Below, one piece after another: positions 1 through 9,299 of a stretch of 52,317 nt of DNA (within the stretch, counting starts at the first letter, position 1; each line of letters begins with the position of its first letter). A program made the translations under genes and the position numbers. Where the stretch lies: IMG/VR virus record IMGVR_UViG_3300016467_000054, positions 1 to 52,317 of that record, one strand, 5' to 3'. Origin of the DNA: a virus (taxonomy: Duplodnaviria > Caudoviricetes). Below the pieces are notes generated by a model. The model was not told the origin of the DNA, searched no databases, and saw nothing but the letters and a program-made list of their open reading frames with translations.

Positions 1-657
1 CTTTTATCCTACAGTCAACCAACTAGCGAGTTTGCCGCCCTTGGAATTTCCGACGCACAAGAACTCATCGCCTATTGTGCCCGAGTCTCAAACCCGAGTA
101 ATCAGTTCAACAACGACACCAGTAGCAAGCTCATCGGGTACCTCATACGACACAAACACTGGAGTCCACTCGAGATGGTTTCAGCTTGCCTGGAAATTAC
201 GACAACAAGAGATATTGCAAGGCAGATCTTACGTCACAGAAGTTTTAGTTTCCAGGAGTTCAGTCAAAGATATGCAGACCCTACAAAAGATCTTAGATTC
301 GTTACAAGAGAAGCCAGACTCCAAGACCCAAAGAATAGACAAAACAGTGTAGAGGTTGAAGATAACCTACTACAAAACGAGTGGTTTAGAGCTCAACAAA
401 GAGTAATATATGCCGCGCAAAGAGAATACGAATGGGCTATTGCTAACGGTATTGCTAAAGAACAAGCTCGTGCTGTACTGCCAGAAGGACTTATTGAAAG
501 TCGACTATATATGAACGGAACATTGCGTAGTTGGGTTCACTTTATTGAATTGCGTAGCGGCAATGGTACCCAAAAAGAACACATGGAGATTGCAAAAGCA
601 TGTGCCAGTGTTATCGCTACCGTCTTTCCTATGACTACAGAATTTATTAGCGAATAA
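1..657 (+). CDS. thyX: Flavin-dependent thymidylate synthase ThyX (5'-truncated; frame open from base 1)
   Basis: Frame 1 is open from position 1 (LLSYSQP...IAYCARVSNP...HKHWSPLEM). Contains the ThyX motif RHRSFSFQEFSQRY, plus AKEQARAVLP and LRSWVHFIELR. Confidence 0.96.
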   Translation, partial: LLSYSQPTSEFAALGISDAQELIAYCARVSNPSNQFNNDTSSKLIGYLIRHKHWSPLEMVSACLEITTTRDIARQILRHRSFSFQEFSQRYADPTKDLRFVTREARLQDPKNRQNSVEVEDNLLQNEWFRAQQRVIYAAQREYEWAIANGIAKEQARAVLPEGLIESRLYMNGTLRSWVHFIELRSGNGTQKEHMEIAKACASVIATVFPMTTEFISE

Positions 658-1816
658 ATGTTTTATCGCCCGGCCATAGAGGCAACTCTGTCCCGGGCGC
701 TCTTTTGGGTATTTTGCTGTCAGCACTACTGACACAGCTTTCACTAATACAAGGCTTAGGTCCGTCAAACAGTTTAAATCCTGTTTCAATGTTACCTATA
801 GGAGCATCGTGACAACTATAGCTACGTTTAATGCTACCATCAGGTTCACGTATAATAATACCCCTATAACCACTAGAACACTCCCAACCTTTAAACTTGT
901 TAAAGTTAAAGGCATTGAATCGTTCAGCTTGATCCATATACCATATTTTCTTTTCTTTGTCTATGAATTCTACTTGAAAGTGCTGTGGTATTTTACTCTG
1001 TGCTTCTTGATAGATAGGATCAGGTGTTTTAAAGAATCGAGGTTCAGGTCTTTTGACCTTTTTGGCGAGTGCGCTTTTTGACTCAGTAAACGCTCTTTGA
1101 GGCATACCGTTGTGCAAACGCTTTAACATTTCTGGAGTATATCCGTCAACTACACGACTAGCAGTAGGATCGCTTTGCGGTTTTAATGTAACATTAATTC
1201 CTTGATTGTGAAAAAATAATGCATTATCAAAATCACGCTCAAACCATTCTGGTACCATAACCATGTTGATAGTTACTTGTACGTCATGCTGTTGACACAA
1301 TATTAACTTATCTGCAAACTCCTGCATCTTTTCCGGAGTATCTACATGTTCTGTGTGTAGACTAGCAGTAATACTAGCACGATGAAATTTACTTACAGCA
1401 GGGCAGTATTTTTCTTCAAACCACTTTATTGGACGACTCATGTTACTGGTCATGTGTACACTAGTATAATTTGTATTGTCTACGTCATCATTAAGATAAT
1501 TTAGTATATCAATATATCCAGGATGAAATGTAGGCTCGCCTCCACTTAGACTAAAGTGAAAACTGTTAAAATTACGTTCACGAGCTTGACGTTTAATTTC
1601 GTCAATTGTCTTTAAGCATAACTCAGTTGGCCTATGATCTTTTGTATCACTGCGAGCGTATGGCCAACAGTAACTACAACGATAATTACAATAACGACCT
1701 AATAGCCAACTGACTGTAAACAGGTCCTTGTACAACATAGTACGTTGGCCTACACGTACAATATCATTGTACGGTATTTTGGTAAAATCGTATGCACTCC
1801 AGCTTAGGTCATTCAT
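647..1816 (-). CDS. Radical SAM protein with C-terminal twitch/SPASM-like Cys region
   Basis: CNYRCSYC (CX3CX2C), SGGEP and TSN motifs; C-terminal C-SSG...DG...SC...GNI...C-X4-C. Confidence 0.9.
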   Translation of the reverse strand: MNDLSWSAYDFTKIPYNDIVRVGQRTMLYKDLFTVSWLLGRYCNYRCSYCWPYARSDTKDHRPTELCLKTIDEIKRQARERNFNSFHFSLSGGEPTFHPGYIDILNYLNDDVDNTNYTSVHMTSNMSRPIKWFEEKYCPAVSKFHRASITASLHTEHVDTPEKMQEFADKLILCQQHDVQVTINMVMVPEWFERDFDNALFFHNQGINVTLKPQSDPTASRVVDGYTPEMLKRLHNGMPQRAFTESKSALAKKVKRPEPRFFKTPDPIYQEAQSKIPQHFQVEFIDKEKKIWYMDQAERFNAFNFNKFKGWECSSGYRGIIIREPDGSIKRSYSCHDAPIGNIETGFKLFDGPKPCISESCVSSADSKIPKRAPGTELPLWPGDKTFIR

Positions 1817-2550
1817 AGTTTATTAAAGTGGGGTCTAAAGTAATGTTCAAGTGGTTTTGTAGGATGATGTACAAAATGGTCTGGATTAAGATCTAAAGGA
1901 ATGTCTTTATCTAGATAATCTAAAATCTTTTTACCTAAAATTAAATGATTTTCTTCACTTATATGGCATTTACGTGCATCATAATAATCTGAACTAGATC
2001 CAAATGCATCTATTCTAAACCAATGTGGTTCTAAAAACGCTAAAAACTTTAAGTTATGTTCCTTTGAATCAGGTAACATTGATTCGGGGAATACTGAAAT
2101 AAATTTTGTATCTGGTCTAATATAACCTCTTATATTTTGCAGTAATGCAAAATGTACACGATCATCTCTATGATGGTCTTGCAAAAATAAAAAGTATTGT
2201 TGCAATGCATCTAGATGCTGGCGTTCTTTATAACTTAAATTAGGTTCAGTATTAATAGCTCGCTGTACATGATCGACATTTGTCCAGTGTTCTAAATCTC
2301 GTTTAACGAAGGAGTGGAATCGACCAGGTTGCGTTACTAAAAATAAAATTCTATCAAAATCTTTATGGTTATCTTCTAATCGATTATATTGATACCAGAA
2401 ACTAGAAGCACCCACAGAAAAATTAGTTATTTCGTAATTTGAATTATCTCTAAGATAATCTATCCAAGAAGGCCCAACGCCTTTATAATATTTTGGCCAG
2501 AGAGTATAATCATCACCAAAGCTGTCTCCAAAAATTGCTAATTTAGTCAT
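1813..2550 (-). CDS. SGNH/GDSL-like hydrolase or acyltransferase
   Basis: N-terminal IFGDSF (block I), NFSVGASS (block II) and C-terminal DARKCHISEENH (His block). Confidence 0.7.
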   Translation of the reverse strand: MTKLAIFGDSFGDDYTLWPKYYKGVGPSWIDYLRDNSNYEITNFSVGASSFWYQYNRLEDNHKDFDRILFLVTQPGRFHSFVKRDLEHWTNVDHVQRAINTEPNLSYKERQHLDALQQYFLFLQDHHRDDRVHFALLQNIRGYIRPDTKFISVFPESMLPDSKEHNLKFLAFLEPHWFRIDAFGSSSDYYDARKCHISEENHLILGKKILDYLDKDIPLDLNPDHFVHHPTKPLEHYFRPHFNKL

Positions 2551-3257
2551 ACGTCTTCTAATAAATTTCTCAAATCTGATTTAGGAAGTAAAAAATAATC
2601 AGGGTTTAAATCTAGTCTTGTTTGATTATTCATCAGTGCATCTAAGACTAAGTTGTATATTATTTTGTTGTTTTCTTCACTCATGTGACATTTTCTTTTG
2701 TCAATATAAAATCCAGTTTTGGCACCGAGAAACTCATCCTCCATTTTTGTTATCTGTTCTAAATAGTTATCTTCTCCGCGTATAGATTGTTTAAAACACG
2801 GAATTAGTATTGTGTCAGGTCGCAGTCGAACTATATCATTTACTATCATTTGATGAATATAGTCTTCATATTCAAAATTTTGTATGTAAAGTTTATAATC
2901 GTGGATTATTTGATATTTTCGTAATTCGTCGTCGGTTAATTCTTTTATCTTTAGTCTTGCTTTAATTGCATTTATAGTTGGTAGGAATTGATAATCTAAA
3001 CAGATTTTAGGATATTTTTCCAAAGTAGGAACTTTAAATTCAAAACGTCCTGGAGCAGTTATAGTAAAGATTATTTTGTCAAAAACTTTGTAATGTTGAT
3101 CAAAAAATTTTTTGCTGTAGTAAAGAGAAGAACCGTTATGACTAAAATTTATAACTTTATAATTTTCAGCTAATAACTCTGGCCAGCCTTTGTAAGGATG
3201 TACATCTCTCCATCCTATAATTGAAGAATAACTATCACCAAAAATACCAATCTTCAT
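2547..3257 (-). CDS. SGNH/GDSL-like hydrolase or acyltransferase (paralog of 1813-2550)
   Basis: IFGDSY, NFSHNGSS, TAPGRF and DKRKCHMSEENN motifs; colinear with the neighbouring gene. Confidence 0.7.
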   Translation of the reverse strand: MKIGIFGDSYSSIIGWRDVHPYKGWPELLAENYKVINFSHNGSSLYYSKKFFDQHYKVFDKIIFTITAPGRFEFKVPTLEKYPKICLDYQFLPTINAIKARLKIKELTDDELRKYQIIHDYKLYIQNFEYEDYIHQMIVNDIVRLRPDTILIPCFKQSIRGEDNYLEQITKMEDEFLGAKTGFYIDKRKCHMSEENNKIIYNLVLDALMNNQTRLDLNPDYFLLPKSDLRNLLEDV

Positions 3258-3817
3258 GATAATACTTGCAGGGGATCTATACTAATTTCATTTATACAAA
3301 CATCTTTTGGTTGTTCAATTAACCATTTGATATATGTAGCAGCTCTATCTATTTCTAAACATTTTCTTGTAGGATGCTTTGCCTGCACATTACTTAAACT
3401 ACCAAAACTAATTAAAGTAATCTTAGGACCATTTTCCCAAACACCGTTGATACCTAGTGTGTTACAATAATCTCGTAATGCTTTTTTCTCAGCGTTATAC
3501 AACCATGCGCCACCTTTTTTAACTCTGTCAGTTGTTGATCCTATACAAATAATATAAGGTCTATGTTCTAGCTCTTTACATTTTTTATAAACTGTGTCAA
3601 GTAAAACTGTTTGATTGAATTTCCACAAAGCACTACAATTAATAAAAATATCGTAGCGACCGATTAAGTCTGCTAATCGTTGTTGATCTTTTTGGCTGGT
3701 CAAATCATATCCTGTAGACCTGCTGGCAAAATATGCATCGGGATATAATTTGTATAGCTCTGCTGCTAGACCATAATCCTTATTACCAGCAACTAATATT
3801 TTAGGCAAAGTGTTCAT
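3254..3817 (-). CDS. Short-chain dehydrogenase/reductase (187 aa; start moved to MNTLPK at 3817)
   Basis: Rossmann start ILVAGNKDYGLA, DIFINCSA, ICIGS and catalytic YxxxK (YNAEK). The longer 3901 start overlaps the upstream gene by about 100 nt. Confidence 0.82.
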   Translation of the reverse strand: MNTLPKILVAGNKDYGLAAELYKLYPDAYFASRSTGYDLTSQKDQQRLADLIGRYDIFINCSALWKFNQTVLLDTVYKKCKELEHRPYIICIGSTTDRVKKGGAWLYNAEKKALRDYCNTLGINGVWENGPKITLISFGSLSNVQAKHPTRKCLEIDRAATYIKWLIEQPKDVCINEISIDPLQVLS

Positions 3818-5222
3818 AGCGACTAAAAAACATTTGTAATGCATCTGGAGAATATTTGTGTACTTCAAAAATTCTATACTGTCCAGACGGTTCTTTAACA
3901 TTAATCCAAACCGGATCTTTTCTTTCTTGTAATTTATAAATTAAAGAAATAAAACTCTTTTGAATGAAACCGGGTTTACAATTCCATATATTATACCAGT
4001 ATGTATATATGCTGTCTAACCAAATATAGGTAGAACCTTCTGCGGGAATAAAGCTGGCAAAATCATCCCAGTTATGTATAATGTCAACGTGTTTATAAAA
4101 CTTTGGAAGTGTTTTAAATGTTTCAAGATAAGTTAAAAGATCTTCTTGTGTTTTAATAATATCTCGATCTACAGCTTCAACTTTAGGTAAACTAGCGTCA
4201 TCAAAAACTTTCATATTAGGTGTATAATAATTAGACACAGGATCAACACCATTCCAATTCATGTTTAATTTTTGTCTAAATTCTAATAAATCTAGATCTT
4301 GATCATAGTAATAAACAGATTTAGCATTTAATAATTTAGCAACTTGCATACCATAAAACCCACTAGCTGCTACTACAACGTTGTCAATCTTGTCTGTAAT
4401 TACATGAGGTAATCCAGGAAAAACATTTTCGTTGTTAAACACATGCTGAGTTGGATCTTTTACTGCAAAATTCTTAACAATTTTCTTTAACTGATTATCA
4501 TCATTAGCTTGATCTAAATTGTACCAAGCTTCTTGATTCCCTTCATTTTCTGGATAAAGATGTACTTTCTTACTTCTAACTCGATCGTTAAAAGTAACAA
4601 TGCTATTGTTTAACAAACCGTAACTTAACCATTTCCAGCCTAGACCGTACCCACCAGTTTTATAATATTGTTCATTAAACTGTACAGACTTAGGTGTATA
4701 GTCGTCATGAAAATTTTCTTCACTAGGAGTATAGTCAGGAAATACTCGTACTCCCTGATTTGCATATCCTAATTGAGTTCCAACAAACTCGACATGTTTT
4801 AAATTTAATACAAAACATTGATCGTGTAATGTTAACCAATTATTATATTTTTTAAAATTTAAAATATGTCCCATCACTGACCAGTCGCCATTTATCGAAG
4901 CAATATAGTCAGTAATGGCATCTCTAAATCCATACAATAAAACATGGCCTGGCGTTTGTACTACAGCATGAGCAAATCCTGCATCGTATGCTAATTCTAT
5001 AGCATCTTCTAAATTATATGTCATAATTTTATCAAAATTATGATATAGATTACTGTTACTTGTTAAATTTGTAAAAGACATTAATTCATTTGCATAATCA
5101 AAATTGCCTTTATACTTTTTATTATTAGCAAACCAGTCGTTCCACATAATGTAAACTATGGTATTTTTTCGGTTCTGTTTATCTGTTACAAAATTAACAG
5201 CCATTGATGTAGGTGATTTCAT
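3801..5222 (-). CDS. Two-domain hypothetical protein; C-terminal half possibly a class I SAM-binding fold
   Basis: 473-aa ORF coupled to both neighbours. VVVAASG...YYYDQD...HVDII...IWLDSIY follows the order of SAM motifs I-IV (inference). Confidence 0.45.
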   Translation of the reverse strand: MKSPTSMAVNFVTDKQNRKNTIVYIMWNDWFANNKKYKGNFDYANELMSFTNLTSNSNLYHNFDKIMTYNLEDAIELAYDAGFAHAVVQTPGHVLLYGFRDAITDYIASINGDWSVMGHILNFKKYNNWLTLHDQCFVLNLKHVEFVGTQLGYANQGVRVFPDYTPSEENFHDDYTPKSVQFNEQYYKTGGYGLGWKWLSYGLLNNSIVTFNDRVRSKKVHLYPENEGNQEAWYNLDQANDDNQLKKIVKNFAVKDPTQHVFNNENVFPGLPHVITDKIDNVVVAASGFYGMQVAKLLNAKSVYYYDQDLDLLEFRQKLNMNWNGVDPVSNYYTPNMKVFDDASLPKVEAVDRDIIKTQEDLLTYLETFKTLPKFYKHVDIIHNWDDFASFIPAEGSTYIWLDSIYTYWYNIWNCKPGFIQKSFISLIYKLQERKDPVWINVKEPSGQYRIFEVHKYSPDALQMFFSRYEHFA

Positions 5223-6448
5223 TTGGTAATTTCTTCTAATATAGGGAATATTTTATAATATTCTTTATTTTTAATTTCGGCATGTTCATTAAAAAATCGT
5301 ACTACCTCTGCTTTATCATCATTAGTGCGTTTTGTTCCGATCATTTGACGTATATTTTCAAAATGAATTTTTAACTGCTCTTTTTGATAGTTGTTAGGAA
5401 GTTCTTCTATTTCACTATTACATTCGTCCATAAAGGATCTATATTGTAAAGGAAGGGTACCAGGGTGCAATCCTTGAGGCCAAGTTACTACATTAATACC
5501 TAACGACCAACGGCTCCCGTGTTTTTCTAAAAGATCGTATTTACGCATAATATCTTTTATCCATCTTATTAGGTTAGGATATTCAGGTATACTCATAGAA
5601 CTTACACTAGGTAAAAGATCTACATGAGATATTAAACCACTAGACAATATCATTTCTAAATTTTCTTTAAATCTATCAATTGATAAACCGTCTCTTAATT
5701 CTTCTCCTACTTGACCAATTGCATCTATACTAGCACTTAGACTCCAGTAAAAATTTTTATTTTGTTTTACTAACTCTAAATAGTTTTCTATAACTTTTGG
5801 TTTAACATTTAAATTAGAAGTTAGATTTATTATTACAACTTTTCCTGGAAAGGGGTTAGCATTGTGTATATCTAAGATATTTTGTATAACATCTAATAGT
5901 TCTAAATCTAAAAAAGGTTCTCCGCCTAGGAAGTTATATATTAATCTACCAGTTTTTTTGATTTGATATTTTTCTATATATTTGTACAATGCATCTAAAA
6001 CAGCTTCTTTCCATTCTTGATTCTTTGCAATAGGTTTATCTTTAACTTCGGCCCAGAGACTGCTAACTTCCCAAGTACAATACATGCAAGTTTGATTACA
6101 AGTTGTTGATAACATTAGTTCAATATAATCTGTGTGATCTTGATTTATTAATGCTGTTAATTCTTCTTGTGACCAGTCTTTATCTTTCCATAGATTCCAG
6201 TTATTCCAAATTGAATTAGGCCATGCTTGTTTGCAATACGTACACTTAGCAGGTAACTCATTCTTCTCAATAAAGAAAATCTTTTCTTCCATTAAGTGTT
6301 TATTTCTTACAAATACATCAGCACCTAGCTCTCGAATTTCTTCAATGCTAATCGGCTGTATATCTCTTTTACAGCAGTTTCTAAATTCCATTTTAGGAAC
6401 TGATATGTTTATATCAGTCCACATTTTACTACAAGCTAAGTGTTTCAT
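5219..6448 (-). CDS. Radical SAM protein with N-terminal twitch-like Cys domain
   Basis: ACSKMW...NCCK...CTYC, then CNQTCMYC, LGGEP, TSN and ASID. Confidence 0.9.
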   Translation of the reverse strand: MKHLACSKMWTDINISVPKMEFRNCCKRDIQPISIEEIRELGADVFVRNKHLMEEKIFFIEKNELPAKCTYCKQAWPNSIWNNWNLWKDKDWSQEELTALINQDHTDYIELMLSTTCNQTCMYCTWEVSSLWAEVKDKPIAKNQEWKEAVLDALYKYIEKYQIKKTGRLIYNFLGGEPFLDLELLDVIQNILDIHNANPFPGKVVIINLTSNLNVKPKVIENYLELVKQNKNFYWSLSASIDAIGQVGEELRDGLSIDRFKENLEMILSSGLISHVDLLPSVSSMSIPEYPNLIRWIKDIMRKYDLLEKHGSRWSLGINVVTWPQGLHPGTLPLQYRSFMDECNSEIEELPNNYQKEQLKIHFENIRQMIGTKRTNDDKAEVVRFFNEHAEIKNKEYYKIFPILEEITK

Positions 6449-7491
6449 AAATTTATAAAATTACAATAAGTTTCTAAAGAAGGTTTTTGATCATAATCAC
6501 TGTCGGGTATACTTAGCTTAGTATGTATAACTGGATTATAATATTGTTTGCTAGGACTACCGTAACCTAGTCCTAAATAAAGTAAAGTATCTTCTCCAGG
6601 TCGATGTCCGAGGCGTTTACCTATTTCTTTACCGTTTCTAATACAGGCACAAAATCCTGTATCTAATCCTTTAGCAGACGCACTAAGAGATGCAAACATA
6701 CTAGCTAATCCTATTTCATTTTCGCTAACATTTCTAGCCTTAATATGATCTTTCATTTCTATATTAAGACCTACATCATCTAAAATTCTCATAGAAAATA
6801 CCAACAGCCACGGCGCTAATACCTGCGGGTTTCGCAAATCATTAGCCTGATTATTTCCTTTTCTATCAGTTCCGTAAAAAATATCATATCGTAAATTATG
6901 CAATCCTTCTACAACAACTGGCAACTTACTTAATCCTTGATCAATAACATTAATAATGATGTTGGTGCGATCTTCGATCAAAGGTATTGCATCTATTAAG
7001 TCGTTATCTCGCAAAAGATTTAACAAAAATTCTTTTAGATATAGATGTGTATGCACTTCAATAAATTGTCTAACTTGAGGTTTGCCGTCTTTGTAATAAC
7101 CTGCTGCCATTTGGCATGTGTACTTGTTAGTGTTATACTTTACGTCATTTGCAAATCCAGATATAACATATCCAATGTCTCTAAGGCATTTAGACTCATC
7201 GTAAACATAATTTGCAAAAGGTTCGATATTTTTTTCTACTTGACTTTTAAGCCAACTAGTCACTGCCATTTGAATTAACAGTTTGTTATCAAGAAGAAAA
7301 TTAAAAAGAATAGGGTTGTGATTATATTCTGTATTATCAATTATATCAATATAGAAAGGAACCTTGCGTTGTTTGCTAGGACAAAAATTATGTATTTCAG
7401 AAACAATTTCTTCTATCACTAAACGATCCGGTACTTGATCAAGCCAGTTATAGGTATTTTTTCTGCCGGCAATAATTTTATTCCATTCCAT
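6445..7491 (-). CDS. Nitroreductase-family (FMN) protein with an inserted domain of about 140 aa
   Basis: N-terminal IAGRKNTYNW...CPSKQRKVPF; C-terminal APWLLVF...EIGLASMFASLSASAKGLDTGFCACI...LYLGLGY. Confidence 0.75.
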   Translation of the reverse strand: MEWNKIIAGRKNTYNWLDQVPDRLVIEEIVSEIHNFCPSKQRKVPFYIDIIDNTEYNHNPILFNFLLDNKLLIQMAVTSWLKSQVEKNIEPFANYVYDESKCLRDIGYVISGFANDVKYNTNKYTCQMAAGYYKDGKPQVRQFIEVHTHLYLKEFLLNLLRDNDLIDAIPLIEDRTNIIINVIDQGLSKLPVVVEGLHNLRYDIFYGTDRKGNNQANDLRNPQVLAPWLLVFSMRILDDVGLNIEMKDHIKARNVSENEIGLASMFASLSASAKGLDTGFCACIRNGKEIGKRLGHRPGEDTLLYLGLGYGSPSKQYYNPVIHTKLSIPDSDYDQKPSLETYCNFINL

Positions 7492-8686
7492 AAGACACCA
7501 TAAAAAATTTTCTAAATTCAGGCACTAATTCAAAAAAATCTTGATTGCGCATTTCGTCTAAAGTAACAGTGTAATCAAAAAATTCTTTTAGATATTCGCT
7601 ATCGTCTTTATCATTCATATACTTAATTGTTTGTTGAACTTTTGGAAGATGCAAATATGGCTGCAATCTTTGTTCTGCTAGAGCTTTGAGTTCTACTGGT
7701 AGTACACGTATGTTCATAGAACGAGGATGATTTAATATGTTTAGATATAATTTAACTGTAGGATATTTTTTCATCCAATCAAATAATTCATTTAAATTTA
7801 ATATGTTGTAAGTCTGTACTGTGCAATGTAATTGCACTTCTACATTCTTCATATTAAAAAACTGATCCATATTCTTTTCGACACTAGACCAGGCAGTAGG
7901 ATATCTAATATAACGATTTAGATCACCAAACGCATCAATACTAGCATTAATTTGTATACGTCTAAAATTTTTCCAATATTCAATCATCTTCTTAGGAATA
8001 TTAGTCAAGTTAGTATTGTACTTTAACTTAATTTTTTTAGACAAATTCTTTTCAATTAATAGATCAAATAATTTATACTGTTCTATAGCTAGTGTAGGCT
8101 CGCCACCTGTAAGATAGATTTCTTCAATTGTGTCTGCAATTTCAATTAGACTGTCCCATGTTTTTTCATTAGTTGGCCAGTCTAGCCTTGACAAACGTTT
8201 TGCTTCTTCATCATTGATGGGGAAATTAGGAACTAATTCTGCTTTAGTTACAACACTGTTCCATTCTTCAACCCATTGACTACTACTATAAGGATTACAC
8301 ATCCTACATTTTAAATTACATAAATTTCCCAGACGAAGATCTACGTATTGAATATTTGCATTTTCTTCTACATTGTATTCTCTATCTTCTTTGAACCAAC
8401 GTTTATTCCAGTTAACTCTTGCGCTGTCAATTCCAGAATCTTCTTCTTTAAAACAACGTTCGCACATTTCTGGACGTTCACCGGCAAGCATTTGCTCTCT
8501 AATCTTTTTGTATGTAGGACTATTCCATACCTGCTTAGGGGTATGCTGAAAAATTTTCATAGGAATACCGTTTTCATCATTGATGGTATTCTTACCGGGT
8601 GTACTGTTGCAACATACTCTATATACGCCTGAAGCATTTGTTGCAATACTGTTCCATGGCATAACACAAAAAGTTTTAGATTTCAT
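7478..8686 (-). CDS. N-terminal twitch-domain radical SAM protein
   Basis: FCVMPW...G..RVCC...WNS...CERC, then DLRLGNLCNLKCRMC, TGGEP, YNTN and SIDA. Confidence 0.92.
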   Translation of the reverse strand: MKSKTFCVMPWNSIATNASGVYRVCCNSTPGKNTINDENGIPMKIFQHTPKQVWNSPTYKKIREQMLAGERPEMCERCFKEEDSGIDSARVNWNKRWFKEDREYNVEENANIQYVDLRLGNLCNLKCRMCNPYSSSQWVEEWNSVVTKAELVPNFPINDEEAKRLSRLDWPTNEKTWDSLIEIADTIEEIYLTGGEPTLAIEQYKLFDLLIEKNLSKKIKLKYNTNLTNIPKKMIEYWKNFRRIQINASIDAFGDLNRYIRYPTAWSSVEKNMDQFFNMKNVEVQLHCTVQTYNILNLNELFDWMKKYPTVKLYLNILNHPRSMNIRVLPVELKALAEQRLQPYLHLPKVQQTIKYMNDKDDSEYLKEFFDYTVTLDEMRNQDFFELVPEFRKFFMVSYGME

Positions 8687-9299
8687 GCATTGTCTCTATG
8701 TAATTAAGGAAATTATCTTGAAAATCTTGATTATATCTGCCATGAACAATCATGTGTAGACGATCTTCATCACTATTATTATCGATCCTATGAGCCAGAC
8801 CGATGTTTACTAAAAATGCACTTTGATCTGTAAAAGGAACTTTAGTATATAATTTTTCGTTTTTGTAAAATTTAAATTCACATCCTTTAGGATTATTAAT
8901 ACTAACATTGATCGGACTTAGGTTCATGTAGTCAGCATCTCTATGATAGTCAATAATACCTCCGGCTTTTAAATACATAAATCTTACCCTATGTAATTTA
9001 ACAAAAGGTAATGATTTTATAAATTCAACTGTTTGTGGACAAAATTCAGCTATTTCGGTCCACTGGTAATCTACTTCCCAGTCAATTTCGTGTTCATGTC
9101 CCGGATAACGATCGATGGCTTCTGTCCAGTGAGGTTTCATTCCATGCAACGTTAAACTCATCCAACCTTTACCATAATCTGCCCTATGATGTTTAACAAG
9201 ATGTTTTATCTTATCCCACTCAGATAATGCTCCTGCTGGAGGGGTAAATTTTAATTTGGCCCATCCTCTTTCAGAAGTTCTAACATCAGAAAACTTCAT
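8676..9299 (-). CDS. Aspartyl/asparaginyl beta-hydroxylase-like 2OG-Fe(II) oxygenase
   Basis: RVRFMYLKAGGIIDYHRD (HxD) ... AHRIDNNSDEDRLHMIVH (distal His and Arg), the typical AspH-family pattern. Confidence 0.85.
   Translation of the reverse strand: MKFSDVRTSERGWAKLKFTPPAGALSEWDKIKHLVKHHRADYGKGWMSLTLHGMKPHWTEAIDRYPGHEHEIDWEVDYQWTEIAEFCPQTVEFIKSLPFVKLHRVRFMYLKAGGIIDYHRDADYMNLSPINVSINNPKGCEFKFYKNEKLYTKVPFTDQSAFLVNIGLAHRIDNNSDEDRLHMIVHGRYNQDFQDNFLNYIETMHEI

Noticed and set aside
32-352. 106-aa ORF, and the thyX start at 175 given in the ORF track
   Set aside because: The ORF is an off-frame shadow of thyX; the thyX frame is open from base 1, so its true start lies outside the window.
647-1816. 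Viperin-like or QueE/NrdG identity for this radical SAM
   Set aside because: Only the generic CX3CX2C and GGEP motifs match; there are no queC/queD/folE or nrdD partners in the window, and it has a twitch-like tail.
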